This document shows, one piece after another, positions 38,504-48,640 of a stretch of 64,000 bases of DNA. This DNA comes from Bacteroidota bacterium (GTDB lineage: Bacteria > Bacteroidota > Ignavibacteria > Ignavibacteriales > SURF-24): positions 5,135 through 69,134 of the forward strand of contig JAUZPB010000006.1 in assembly GCA_030706145.1 (NCBI GenBank), given 5' to 3'. The number at the start of each line of letters is the position of its first letter. Positions within the stretch are counted from its first letter, which is position 1. The notes below the pieces were generated by a model. The model had not been told where the DNA came from. It ran no database searches and was given only the letters and a program-made list of their open reading frames with translations. Position numbers and translations under genes: made by a program.

Positions 38504-38519
38504 TGGTATATTCTTTGCA
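38504..38519 (+). promoter_or_regulatory. Sigma54 -24/-12 promoter of the flagellar operon
   Basis: TGGTAT-ATTCT-TTGCA, 33 nt upstream of 38553. Confidence 0.78.
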
Positions 38520-38552
38520 CTTATCTGACAAAATATAAAAAAACAGAGCAAT

Positions 38553-38777
38553 ATGAATAAGATAATTCTGCATACTGGCTTACTGATATTCTTCATCTCA
38601 GTCATCTTTTTCAGCCAAAAAGGTATGGCTCTGCAGGATATTATTATTAGGTCGCTGGTAGTATTTGTTGTTTCTACAATAATGCTGAGTATTCTGGTCC
38701 TGGTTGTTGTAAGATCAATAAATAAAACCTCGCTTTCAAAGAGTAAAAGTATAACAGAAACCATCACCAGGGAATAG
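38553..38777 (+). CDS. Small 2-TM hypothetical protein
   Basis: Two hydrophobic helices. First gene of the operon, 5 nt before fliA. Confidence 0.7.
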   Translation: MNKIILHTGLLIFFISVIFFSQKGMALQDIIIRSLVVFVVSTIMLSILVLVVVRSINKTSLSKSKSITETITRE

Positions 38778-38782
38778 TAACC

Positions 38783-39406
38783 ATGAATACATCTTTACTG
38801 TGGTCAAAATTTAAGCAGTCTAATAGTCCCGACTTGAAACGTCAGATAATGATGAATTACACAAATCTGGTCCATTATGTAATACATAATTCAAAATTTG
38901 TAAGCATCAATATTGTAGACGATAGGGACTACTTCCAGTTCGGTATTGAGGGTCTTAGTGAAGCAATTGACAGGTTTGACCCTGAATATGGCACTAAATT
39001 CGAGACTTATGCTATTCAAAGGATCCGTGGTAAGATTATTGACGAGCTGCGAAAGATCCAAATTAAACCTCGCAGCGCTAATGGCGAAAGTGATGTAATG
39101 TATACTAATATATCACTAAATAATTCCTATGATGAAGAAGATGGTTATATGCTTTATGAGGTGATTCCTAACGAAGGTGAACTCCCTGATGAAGCAATCG
39201 ATAAAAGTGAAGCTAAAGAACTTTTAATTAATGCTATTAAAGAATTAAATGAAAGGGACAGGCTGGTTTTAACTTTATACTATTACGAAAACTTAAATTA
39301 CAAAGAAATTGCTCAGGTGCTTAACATTACTGTCTCTAGAGTTTCGCAGATCCATTCGAAAATCGTTCACGATCTAAAAATAAAATTAGTTAAGCAATAT
39401 GATTGA
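38783..39406 (+). CDS. fliA: FliA/WhiG-family sigma28 (short, region 3 reduced)
   Basis: GL.EAIDRFDP..GTKFETYA..RIRG.IIDELR and LYYYE.L..KEIA.VL..T.SRVSQIHS. Confidence 0.9.
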   Translation: MNTSLLWSKFKQSNSPDLKRQIMMNYTNLVHYVIHNSKFVSINIVDDRDYFQFGIEGLSEAIDRFDPEYGTKFETYAIQRIRGKIIDELRKIQIKPRSANGESDVMYTNISLNNSYDEEDGYMLYEVIPNEGELPDEAIDKSEAKELLINAIKELNERDRLVLTLYYYENLNYKEIAQVLNITVSRVSQIHSKIVHDLKIKLVKQYD

Positions 39407-40277
39407 AAACTCACCCGAGCTACAGAAAAAAAGGGATAGGGGTAAGTTGATCCTTTCTCAGGTCTATAATCTCCCCTCCATACCACTTGTTATGATGGAG
39501 GTTACGAGACTTTTGGGAAATCCTATGACTAGCGCCGCAGAACTTGGGCGCGTTATTAGCAAAGATCAGGCTCTTGTAACAAAAATCCTTACTGTTGCAA
39601 ACTCTCCTCTCTATGGACTCCCCAGGAGAGTCTCTACGATTGATTTCGCTATTATTATTCTAGGCTTTGAACATATAAAGAACATTGTTATTGCTCTTTC
39701 TATGATGGAAGCTTTTAAGAATAAAAGCGATAAAAACCTTGACCAGAAAAAATATTGGGTACATTCAATTCTTACAGCTGGAGCTGCTAAAAGACTTGCT
39801 GATGATCTTGGCTATCATTTTACTGGCGAAGCCTTTACAGCCGGACTGCTGCATGATTTGGGAATTCCAGTTATTCATAAATATTTTACAGCCGATTTTC
39901 TAAAAATATGCGAACTCGCTGAAGCTAAATCTCTTTCATATTCTGAAGCACAGGATGAAATTCTGGGTATTAGGCACGAGGAGATCGGTAATCAGCTTGC
40001 TCAGAGATGGAACCTTCCGTTGACTCTTAGCGATTCTATTTTAAATCATCATAAACCTTCCGGTTCAGAACAAAATAAAATTCTGGCCTCTATTGTTCAT
40101 CTGGCCGATTATATGACTACTAAGCTTGAGATTGGTAACTTCTCTTGGGATGACGACTATTCACTGGACCTGGGTATTCTTAACACTCTTAAGTTTAATG
40201 ATGAATCTCATCTTGAAAGGTTTATTAACGGCTATAAGGACCTTTTCTTAGAACAGGTCAATTCGATAAAAATTTAA
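39399..40277 (+). CDS. HDOD domain protein
   Basis: LPSIP, KDQAL..KIL.VANSP.YG and AGLLHDLG. Confidence 0.92.
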   Translation: MIENSPELQKKRDRGKLILSQVYNLPSIPLVMMEVTRLLGNPMTSAAELGRVISKDQALVTKILTVANSPLYGLPRRVSTIDFAIIILGFEHIKNIVIALSMMEAFKNKSDKNLDQKKYWVHSILTAGAAKRLADDLGYHFTGEAFTAGLLHDLGIPVIHKYFTADFLKICELAEAKSLSYSEAQDEILGIRHEEIGNQLAQRWNLPLTLSDSILNHHKPSGSEQNKILASIVHLADYMTTKLEIGNFSWDDDYSLDLGILNTLKFNDESHLERFINGYKDLFLEQVNSIKI

Positions 40278-40311
40278 TTAATAAAATTTCATAACTCACA
40301 AGTAATTAAGA

Positions 40312-41190
40312 ATGGAACTAGAATTATTTAACAGGCAGGAAAAAAGAGAAAAAACGGAACTGGTTTTATCAAATGTTTATAACCTTCCGGCTATTCCTTC
40401 AATCATGATGGAAATCTCCAGACTACTGGAAAAATCAAATACTACGACGGCTGAACTGGCAAAAGTTATTGGTAAGGACCAGGGAATCGCTTCAAAAGTC
40501 CTTTCTATTGCCAATTCTCCTTTATATGGACTGCCTAGAAAGGTTTCCACTATCGATTTCGCTATTCTTATTATTGGATATCAGGATATAAAAAATATCA
40601 TTACTGCTCTTTCAATGGTTGAGTCCTTTAAGAATAAGACTGATAAGAATCTGAATCAGAAAGATTTTTGGCTCCATTCACTTATTACTGGACTGGCTTC
40701 AAAAAGAATAGCTGAGGACCTGGGCTACAGAAGCGGTAGCGAGGCATTTGTCGCAGGACTAATTCATGACCTTGGAATCCCGGTTATCCATAAGTATTTC
40801 CATACTAACTTTATTGTCGTTTGTGAAAAGGTCGCAACTCATAAGATTAGCTTTATGGAAGCAGAATTTGATACTCTGGGACTTAGCCATCAGGAAATTG
40901 GCCGCTTCCTTGCTGTAAAATGGAATCTGCCTTTGGCTCTGTGCGATACTATTTTGAACCACCATACGCCGCACCTTGCTAATGAGAACAAGACACTTAC
41001 TGCTATTGTTCACCTTGCGGATTATGCTACTCAGAAACTTAAGGTAGCAGACTTTTATTGGGATACTGACTTCCTTCTTGATGAATCTATTGTCGAGGCT
41101 CTCAGGGTCGATAACTTGTCGCAACTTGAGAAAATGATTGATACTTATAAGGATCTTTTAATCCAGGAAGCTAATTCACTTAGGATCTAA
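40312..41190 (+). CDS. HDOD domain protein (tandem paralogue)
   Basis: Same motifs (ANSPLYGLPR.VSTIDFAI, AGLIHDLG). Confidence 0.92.
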   Translation: MELELFNRQEKREKTELVLSNVYNLPAIPSIMMEISRLLEKSNTTTAELAKVIGKDQGIASKVLSIANSPLYGLPRKVSTIDFAILIIGYQDIKNIITALSMVESFKNKTDKNLNQKDFWLHSLITGLASKRIAEDLGYRSGSEAFVAGLIHDLGIPVIHKYFHTNFIVVCEKVATHKISFMEAEFDTLGLSHQEIGRFLAVKWNLPLALCDTILNHHTPHLANENKTLTAIVHLADYATQKLKVADFYWDTDFLLDESIVEALRVDNLSQLEKMIDTYKDLLIQEANSLRI

Positions 41191-41191
41191 A

Positions 41192-42517
41192 TTGAGATTG
41201 TTAAAAGATAATACTAATAAATATATATCTTTCTATGATTCGCTTCAGTCTTTACCAAGTATTGAGCAGGGCGATCCTCTTAGAGAAGAGTTGAGGGGAA
41301 ATCTTTTCCCGGCTGAGACTTCAGTTAATGCTGGAAATATGCTGGAAAAATATTTCTATATGGTTCAAAGTATTGTCTCCTTCGAAAAACAGATCTCTTT
41401 GGCTCAGGACATTCATGCAATTTCTAACTTGCTAAAACTGTCCTTAAAAAGAATAATTCCTATTAAGGAAGCTGATCTTTTTTTCTTTAACGATACAAGA
41501 ACCTGCCTTTTCCCTTTGGATGCTACTGGCGATGACCAGTTCTCAATAATGGTTAATAATGTTTATAAAGAAGGTATTCTCGATTGGGTCTTTGATAATA
41601 ATAAACCTACTGTTATTCCGGAAGTTAATAATTTTACTTCTGCCGGCTCTAAGCTGAACTTTATCTTCTTCCCTGTTATTGAAGATAAAAAAAAGAAGGG
41701 ACTGCTTGCAGTTTTAACTACTCTTTCAAAAGAGGACTTCTCGGATTTTGAGTCTCAGAGCATTCAGATTATGCTCGGCGTGAGTCTTGCTAAGATTGAT
41801 AAAATTGATCTTAAGGAAAAGCTAAATAAAACATATTCCGAACTTCAAACCTACCAGGCAAAGCTGTCAAATGACTTCAGACTATCTGCTATAGGTGAGT
41901 TGACAGAAGGTATTGTCGAAGATATAAAGTCACCCCTTCAGGTAATCTTAAGCTGTGCCGACCTTATGTGCAGAGATGAATCCGACCAGCAGACTGCTGG
42001 TAAGGTAAAAGAACAAGTCAGAAGAATTAACTATATGGTTAACAGGCTTGTGAAATTTTCTAGCATCAATGAAGAGAAAATTAAAATCCATCCCTGTGAT
42101 ATTAATACTATACTGACTGAATATTATAACCTTATTAAATCTTCTCTTGAAAATGCAAATATTGAATGTGTGCTTGATTTCGAGAAGAATATTCCATCTG
42201 TATTAAGCCACCCTAGCTATATTTATCAGCTGATGAGCAACATTGTCAGCATGGTTAAATCCAGCAGTCAGGATGGCGGAGGAATTATTATTCAGACTAG
42301 GTCTGTCTCTGAAGATGTTGTTATTAAGGTTATTAATACGGTGCATATTGCTCCCTTACATACTGAAAACAATTCATTAAATAAATCTTCGGATTTAAAT
42401 CTTAAAATAATTGATAACATAATGAGAATGCACGAGGGGATTTTTAAGTTGGATTCATTTCAGAAAAATAGCTCAGTTATAATGCTAAGATTCCCTCTGA
42501 GGAGAAGATTTAGATGA
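41192..42517 (+). CDS. GAF + degenerate histidine kinase (pseudokinase)
   Basis: RLSAIGELTEGIVEDIKSPL: the H-box His is replaced by Glu. No DxGxG or GxGxG ATP-lid motifs. Confidence 0.75.
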   Translation: MRLLKDNTNKYISFYDSLQSLPSIEQGDPLREELRGNLFPAETSVNAGNMLEKYFYMVQSIVSFEKQISLAQDIHAISNLLKLSLKRIIPIKEADLFFFNDTRTCLFPLDATGDDQFSIMVNNVYKEGILDWVFDNNKPTVIPEVNNFTSAGSKLNFIFFPVIEDKKKKGLLAVLTTLSKEDFSDFESQSIQIMLGVSLAKIDKIDLKEKLNKTYSELQTYQAKLSNDFRLSAIGELTEGIVEDIKSPLQVILSCADLMCRDESDQQTAGKVKEQVRRINYMVNRLVKFSSINEEKIKIHPCDINTILTEYYNLIKSSLENANIECVLDFEKNIPSVLSHPSYIYQLMSNIVSMVKSSSQDGGGIIIQTRSVSEDVVIKVINTVHIAPLHTENNSLNKSSDLNLKIIDNIMRMHEGIFKLDSFQKNSSVIMLRFPLRRRFR

Positions 42518-43107
42518 TAAGAAAACTGCTTACACTCGGAATTTTTTTGCTGTTTTCTTTCTCAAACAGTGCTGTCTTAGCTTCTAATTCAAAAGCAGCA
42601 AGTACTGATTCTGTTAATATTAAGCAACTTATTCTAGGGCAGATCCAAAAAGCAAAAGAAAACCAGAAAAACCAGTCTGACGATCTTGGCAGTAAAGCTA
42701 ATTTAAATGCCGGTAAGTACGATAATAATCAAGAAGCTAAATCTGTAGGCCTTTTTTCAACGAAAGGGATAAACCTTTCGAACAGTATTTTTATGAGAAT
42801 ATTCATACTGCTTGATATCGGTCTATCGATCTTCGTTTTCATTATATGGCGCAGGAGAAAGCTTAAGAGCGCTGTCTCTGAGAAGAAACAGCTTAAAACT
42901 AACATAATGAAATTAAGGGAAGAGAAGGTAGGTAAAAAATCCGACGAACTGCTAGATTCGAAAAGAAAAAAGATTAGATTGGAACCTGCTTTCCAATTCG
43001 GGGCTAATGAAGAACTTTTAGTAAGACAAGCAAAAAGAATGTCTGTCTCTGTAGGCGAATTGCAGCTTGCTGCAAGAATTAGCTCATTTGAAAGAGAAAG
43101 AAGATGA
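42514..43107 (+). CDS. Hypothetical membrane protein
   Basis: Signal peptide, a central TM and a basic cytoplasmic tail. Overlaps both neighbours. Confidence 0.7.
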   Translation: MIRKLLTLGIFLLFSFSNSAVLASNSKAASTDSVNIKQLILGQIQKAKENQKNQSDDLGSKANLNAGKYDNNQEAKSVGLFSTKGINLSNSIFMRIFILLDIGLSIFVFIIWRRRKLKSAVSEKKQLKTNIMKLREEKVGKKSDELLDSKRKKIRLEPAFQFGANEELLVRQAKRMSVSVGELQLAARISSFERERR

Positions 43108-44303
43108 TTTCGCTAACTCAAAATATTGCAGGACTCCAACAGCTTGATTCCCTCAAGCCTTCTGTTGTTACTGTGATTGGTAAAGCTTTGCCTGCAGTTA
43201 ATTCCTTTGTTGAGATCAGTGTCCTTGGAAAATCATCAAACATTTTTCGCCTTCTGATAGATGGAAATGTTTTTCAGTCAAAGCTGCCTGTTAATTTATT
43301 AGCAGGAGAGTCATTTCTTGCTAAGGTAATCAGTACTGATCCTTTTACTCTTTCTCTTGATAACCTTTTGTCACTTTCTAATTTAAGTGAATTAAAAATT
43401 GCTCAGCTTCTTTCGAAACTGAATATAAAAGCTTCTCCATTGTCTGATCAGCTTTTTAAGGCCTTTGTAAGTGCAAGGAAAGTTATTGTAAAATCAAGGT
43501 TCGAAAAGCTTCTGGATATAATTGAGAAGAATAATTTGAAGCTAGATGATTCTCAGCTTCAATTCCTTATAAATGTTCTTGATACAAATGAAAATAGCTA
43601 TGAAAATCTGAGTGAGTCTTTTGTAAGTACATTTAAGCATTCTTCTGCAGCTTTATCTGAAGAGATACTTAATTGTGCGACTGATCTTCTGGGCTCTCAT
43701 CAGATGCCTGAGGAATTGAAGACCAAAGTAAAAGATGCCTTGCTAATAAGGCAAAATTTATCTGAAGAAGAGTCAGTCTCTGAACTGCTAATGGTCTTTA
43801 GGAAAAGAACCAAACTGCAGGCTGAACTTATTCAATCCCTAAATGAAGCACTGCATTCGGGAGCGCTGAATGAGTCTGTAGGTAAGAACGTTTTCAGGAT
43901 GATTGACCTTTTAACCCGATATATTTTTCTAAAGGCAAACAACTGTAAAGTTGGAATTTATAATGACTTTTTTATTGCTGAAACAGAAGATGGGCTCCAG
44001 ATCTTTGAATATAGTGTTGAAAAACCATCTTTCACAAATGAAAGCTATGGCTTTCATCTTAAGATGAAACCAGATTTGCTCGGTCAGATACAGATAGATG
44101 GATATTTTTCGGGAAATAATCTTTTTACGACTTTTATATCTTCAGACAATACTGCTGAAAGTCTGAAAAGCTTAAGTGGAGAACTGGTAGAAAAGATTAA
44201 AAATGGTCTGAACATTAATGTTTCTTCAGAATTTTGTGGCCGTGGGTCAATAGAACTTTCTAAAAAGTGGAAGGGATTACAGAACATTAATGTCTCGGTC
44301 TAA
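43104..44303 (+). CDS. fliK: FliK-like hook-length control protein
   Basis: C-terminal LKMKPDLLGQIQI...L...F......L......L T3S4-like domain, followed by an FlhB-C homologue. Confidence 0.6.
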   Translation: MISLTQNIAGLQQLDSLKPSVVTVIGKALPAVNSFVEISVLGKSSNIFRLLIDGNVFQSKLPVNLLAGESFLAKVISTDPFTLSLDNLLSLSNLSELKIAQLLSKLNIKASPLSDQLFKAFVSARKVIVKSRFEKLLDIIEKNNLKLDDSQLQFLINVLDTNENSYENLSESFVSTFKHSSAALSEEILNCATDLLGSHQMPEELKTKVKDALLIRQNLSEEESVSELLMVFRKRTKLQAELIQSLNEALHSGALNESVGKNVFRMIDLLTRYIFLKANNCKVGIYNDFFIAETEDGLQIFEYSVEKPSFTNESYGFHLKMKPDLLGQIQIDGYFSGNNLFTTFISSDNTAESLKSLSGELVEKIKNGLNINVSSEFCGRGSIELSKKWKGLQNINVSV

Positions 44304-44580
44304 AAGCTTAAATGGAAAAGGTGCAATTGCACTTGGTTATAATATTGAAAAAGATAATGCTCCAAAAATTCTTGCAAAAGGTAGCGGAGAACTAGCTGAA
44401 AGAATTATAGCAATAGCAAAGGAAAATAAGATCCTGATTAAAGACGATCCTTTGCTGTTTGATTCTTTATATTCTCTTGAGGTCGGAGAAGAAATTCCAG
44501 TTAGACTTTTTCAGGTAATTGCAGAGCTTTTGGCTTTTGTCTATAGAGTTAACGGTAAAAAGAAAAAAGGTATTATATGA
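44290..44580 (+). CDS. FlhB C-terminal-like export switch protein (FlhX / EscU-YscU-HrcU family)
   Basis: AIALGY......APKILAKG.G.LAERI...A and EEIP..LF.VIAELLAFVY. Confidence 0.92.
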   Translation: MSRSKSLNGKGAIALGYNIEKDNAPKILAKGSGELAERIIAIAKENKILIKDDPLLFDSLYSLEVGEEIPVRLFQVIAELLAFVYRVNGKKKKGII

Positions 44581-45284
44581 TAAAAGGAATTTACTACGTA
44601 TCCAGGAACCTGGAGTTAAAGTCTAAGAACCTGGAGGTTGTTGCAAATAACCTGGCAAATATTAATACAACAGGTTTTAAACGCGAGCTTCCTTTTTCTG
44701 AACTGGTTTCTCAGTATTCAAATGCACCTGTTAAGCAGCTTACTGATTATACTCAAGGTAACCTTATTGAAACCGGTAACCAACTCGACCTTGCAATCAG
44801 TGGCGATGCTTTCTTTGCCATTGAAGGCAAAACTGGAACTGAATATACAAAAAATGGCCGCTTCAGAATCTCTGACGAAGGCTTCCTTGTAAATGAACAG
44901 GGCTATAAAGTACTTGGGAAAAATGGTGAGATCGACTTAAGCGAATTTTCTACAGAAGACCTCCAAAAACTCAACATTACAAAAAAAGGCGAAATTAGAG
45001 TCGGCGACCGTTTGATTGATCAGCTGCAGATAAGCCAGATAAATGATCCATCGCTCCTTAATAGAAAAGAAGGACTTAATTTCTTTTCTCCTGATAATAC
45101 TTTTAAGGATGCTGATATTGATCATTATGATATTCAGCAGGGATATCTGGAGGAATCTAATACTAATCCGATCATTGAAATGCAATCGATGATTGAAATA
45201 AACAAAGATTACGAAGCTGGACAAAAGATGATGAATTTCCTGGATTCATCTCTTGAAAAAGCAAACGAAATAGGTAAGGTGTAA
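44577..45284 (+). CDS. flgF: Flagellar basal-body rod protein FlgF
   Basis: ANNLANINTTGFK, TGNQLDLAI.G..FF and QGYLEESN. Confidence 0.88.
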   Translation: MIKGIYYVSRNLELKSKNLEVVANNLANINTTGFKRELPFSELVSQYSNAPVKQLTDYTQGNLIETGNQLDLAISGDAFFAIEGKTGTEYTKNGRFRISDEGFLVNEQGYKVLGKNGEIDLSEFSTEDLQKLNITKKGEIRVGDRLIDQLQISQINDPSLLNRKEGLNFFSPDNTFKDADIDHYDIQQGYLEESNTNPIIEMQSMIEINKDYEAGQKMMNFLDSSLEKANEIGKV

Positions 45285-45362
45285 AAATATATTAGAAAAT
45301 ATTTCTAAGAGTAAATTTTTAGCTTTGAAAAGTAAAGAAATTATAATCAAAAGGGTAATAAA

Positions 45363-46163
45363 ATGTCAACAAGAGCTTTAAGAACAGCCGCCTCTGGAAT
45401 GTATGCTCAGCAGATAAATGTTGAAACGATTTCTAATAATATTGCCAATATTAATACGACGGCTTTTAAGAAAAATAAAGCTGAGTTTAAGGATATGATG
45501 TATCAGGAGGTCTCAATTAACCCGCAGTTCTCTTCGACTCAGGCTCAGAATGAAACTGCTAGTGTTAAGATTCAGGTTGGTAACGGAGTTCAGCCGGCTT
45601 CTACTCAAAAGCTCTTTCTTCAGGGCGACCTTCAGTCAACTGGAAATCAGTTTGACATAGCTATTCAGGGAGAAGGATTCCTACAGGTAAAAAGACCTGA
45701 TGGAACAATTGCCTATACAAGAGATGGAGCTTTGAAGGTCTCTGCCAACGGAACTATTGTTACAGCTAATGGCTTTCCTCTGGACCCTGGTTTCACACTT
45801 AATGATGATATTACAGGAATTACAATTGCTAAAGATGGTACAATAGAAGCTAAGGAAGTCGGCGGTGGTACTAATGTACTTGGTAATATTGAACTTGTTA
45901 AATTCATTAATCCTGGTGGACTTCAACCAATCGGCGATAACCTCTATTTGGAGACCACGGCTTCAGGTGCTCCAATTACAGGAACTCCGGGTGCTAATGG
46001 CTTTGGTGAGGTCAATCAAGGCTACCTGGAACAATCAAATGTTGATATTGTTGAGGAAATGATCGCAATGATTACAGCTCAAAGAGCTTATGAGGTTAAC
46101 TCTAAGACTGTAAAAACAGTAGAAGATATGATGTCAATGGCAAATAACCTTAAGAGATCCTAA
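45363..46163 (+). CDS. flgG: Flagellar distal rod protein FlgG
   Basis: ALRTAASGM.AQQ, QVGNGV, YTRDG and QRAYEVNSK. Confidence 0.96.
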   Translation: MSTRALRTAASGMYAQQINVETISNNIANINTTAFKKNKAEFKDMMYQEVSINPQFSSTQAQNETASVKIQVGNGVQPASTQKLFLQGDLQSTGNQFDIAIQGEGFLQVKRPDGTIAYTRDGALKVSANGTIVTANGFPLDPGFTLNDDITGITIAKDGTIEAKEVGGGTNVLGNIELVKFINPGGLQPIGDNLYLETTASGAPITGTPGANGFGEVNQGYLEQSNVDIVEEMIAMITAQRAYEVNSKTVKTVEDMMSMANNLKRS

Positions 46164-46178
46164 GAGGTTTTTTGATCT

Positions 46179-46847
46179 ATGAGAATTCTGCTACTTATTT
46201 TTTCTTTCTTATTTGCAGCGGCTTTGCAGGCTGATCCTATTCTGCAAAAGAATATTGAAAATTATTTGAAAGAGCAGCTAAAAGGTTATGAAAAGTTCGA
46301 ATTTGAACTTGTTTCTTCTCCTGCGACAAAACCTTCTGATAAGATAAGTATTGATCAGGATCGCCAGTTTAGGCTGAGTGGAAATATGGCTTATGTACCT
46401 GTAAAGATTTATAGTATTGATGGAAGAAATTCTTCCTCATCTCTTTTATCTGTTAGAGTAAAACTCTACAAAATGATTTTTGTAGCAACAACTGCTATTA
46501 AATATGGCACTGAATTAAAGGAAAGTAATTTTGTCCAGAAACTCTCTGATGTTGCACAGCTAAGAGGTCTGCCAGTTGAAGACCTTAAGGAAATTTCTTC
46601 TACAAAGTCTAAGTTTAACATTAGAGAAGGGGATATACTGACAAAAGAGTCGATTCAACCCCTGCCGTTGATCAGAAACGGTGAAAAAGTAGTGGCTATT
46701 TTTTCGAGCGGAAACCTTTCAATTACCCTTGATGCAGCTGCTAGGCAGGATGGAGCTAAAGGCGATATCATTAGAATTGTTACCCCCGATAAAAAGCTCT
46801 TTAAAGCAAAAGTTGTCGATGAAAATAGTGTAATTATTCAAGAGTAG
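46179..46847 (+). CDS. flgA: P-ring chaperone FlgA
   Basis: Signal peptide, SAF domain and ARQDGAKGDIIRI. Sits between flgG and flgH. Confidence 0.88.
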   Translation: MRILLLIFSFLFAAALQADPILQKNIENYLKEQLKGYEKFEFELVSSPATKPSDKISIDQDRQFRLSGNMAYVPVKIYSIDGRNSSSSLLSVRVKLYKMIFVATTAIKYGTELKESNFVQKLSDVAQLRGLPVEDLKEISSTKSKFNIREGDILTKESIQPLPLIRNGEKVVAIFSSGNLSITLDAAARQDGAKGDIIRIVTPDKKLFKAKVVDENSVIIQE

Positions 46848-46851
46848 CTTT

Positions 46852-47430
46852 ATGAAAAAGTTTTTTTTAGCAACAACTATTTCATTATTTGTTTCTTTTG
46901 GCATTTATGCCCAGGATCTTAGGCAAAATGCTTATTCGTCTTTGTTTTCTGACCAGAAGGCAAATCATGTCGGAGACGCTATAACGATAATTGTTATTGA
47001 GTCTTCACAGGCGTCAAATAATGCAGAGACAAGCGCAGGAAGGTCAAGCAACCTTAGCTTTAATGGCCAGGCCAGCATGGGATCAACCTCCTCTCCAAGT
47101 GCGGGAGTAGCTGTGGGGACAAAAAACGATTTCTCCGGAACGGGTTCTACTAAGACTACTGGCTTAATTAAAACAAAAATTAGTGCCATGATTGATTCTG
47201 TGCTCCCAAATGGTAATCTCCATATAAAAGGAAGCAGAAAAATTGTAATTAATGGCGAAGAACAGGTGATCAAAATTAAAGGAATTGTTAGAAATTCCGA
47301 CATTATGGCTGATAATTCAGTTATATCATATAATATTTCTGAAGCAGAGATAGGTTTTGAGGGTAGTGGTATTATCAATGACTCTCAAAAACCTGGCTGG
47401 ATAACAAAATTTTTACATTGGCTGTTTTAA
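46852..47430 (+). CDS. flgH: L-ring protein FlgH
   Basis: LFSDQKA..VGD.ITI, VLPNGNL.I.G and PGWITKF. No obvious lipobox. Confidence 0.92.
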   Translation: MKKFFLATTISLFVSFGIYAQDLRQNAYSSLFSDQKANHVGDAITIIVIESSQASNNAETSAGRSSNLSFNGQASMGSTSSPSAGVAVGTKNDFSGTGSTKTTGLIKTKISAMIDSVLPNGNLHIKGSRKIVINGEEQVIKIKGIVRNSDIMADNSVISYNISEAEIGFEGSGIINDSQKPGWITKFLHWLF

Positions 47431-47473
47431 CAAACTGTTTGCTTTCAAGAAAATGCCTTTGGACCAAATAAAA

Positions 47474-48577
47474 ATGAAAAGAGTTTTTTTTAATATAGCC
47501 GTTTTACTTTTAATCCTTTGCAGCAGCAGCAATCTTTTTGCTCAAAGGATAAAAGACATTGCCTACTTTAAGGGAACTGGATCTGAGCAGATTATCGGAT
47601 ATGGGCTTGTTGTAGGTCTGGCTGGCACGGGTGATACTTACCGCTCATCGTTTACTATTCAATCTGTAACAAGTATGCTTAAGAGATTTGGTATTACTGT
47701 CCCACAGACAGACCTTAAGACACGAAATGTTGCAGCCGTAATGGTAACCGGAAAGCTTAAAGGCTCTCTAAAGGAAAAAGCCGAGTTTGATGTTAATGTC
47801 GCCTCAATGGGTGATGCTACTAGCCTTCAGGGTGGTGTTCTTCTTATGACTCCACTTTCTGCTCTTGATGGACAGGTCTATGGCTTTGCACAAGGCCCTA
47901 TATCAGTCGGTGGTTTTGATATTAGTACACCTTCTGGCGGGAGAGTCGCAAAAAACCACACACTTGCAGGCAGAATTCCTTCGGGTGGAATTCTAAACAG
48001 GCCAATTGCACAAGCTCCAATTTCAAACCAGAATTTAAGCATTGTTCTTAGGGACCCTGACTTTACTACATCTAATAACGTGGCTAATGCTATTAACCAA
48101 AAGGCCGGCAACCAGATTGCTAAAGCCCTGGATGCCTCTGAAATAACGGTAACTGTACCTGGAGAAAAACAAAATAATATTACTGCTTTTTTAGCTGAGC
48201 TGGAAGCTATTCAGGTTCAAAGTGATGTAGTTGCTAAAGTCGTTCTTAATGAAAGAACTGGCACGGTTGTCTCAGGAAGCAACGTTAGAATCCTTCCGGC
48301 TTCTATTACTCATGGAAATCTGAACATTAATATTAGATCATATCCATTGATCTCTCAGCCAAATAGCTTCTCAAACGGACAAACAGTTGTATTTAATAAC
48401 CTTGTCCCATTTGAAGAAGAAGATTCAACAAGAACCGTCGCCCTTAATGGCGCTTCAACTGTTCAGGAAGTCGCCTCTGCACTGAATTCCTTGAAAGTTG
48501 CACCGCGCGACGTGATTGCTATTTTCCAGGCCTTAAAAGAAGCTGGGGCTCTTGTAGCAGAACTAATTATTATGTAA
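47474..48577 (+). CDS. flgI: P-ring protein FlgI
   Basis: RIKDIA, GYGLVVGLAGTGD, NVAAVMVT and NERTGTVV. Confidence 0.96.
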   Translation: MKRVFFNIAVLLLILCSSSNLFAQRIKDIAYFKGTGSEQIIGYGLVVGLAGTGDTYRSSFTIQSVTSMLKRFGITVPQTDLKTRNVAAVMVTGKLKGSLKEKAEFDVNVASMGDATSLQGGVLLMTPLSALDGQVYGFAQGPISVGGFDISTPSGGRVAKNHTLAGRIPSGGILNRPIAQAPISNQNLSIVLRDPDFTTSNNVANAINQKAGNQIAKALDASEITVTVPGEKQNNITAFLAELEAIQVQSDVVAKVVLNERTGTVVSGSNVRILPASITHGNLNINIRSYPLISQPNSFSNGQTVVFNNLVPFEEEDSTRTVALNGASTVQEVASALNSLKVAPRDVIAIFQALKEAGALVAELIIM

Positions 48578-48640
48578 ATGTGAAATTATATTAAATCTAA
48601 GCACTGATAACTCAACACTAAAACTAACTTAAGCAGGTCT

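Noticed and set aside
48580-48612. Sigma28 promoter before flgJ (ACTGATAA)
   Set aside because: There is no TAAA/TCAA at the 15-nt spacing.
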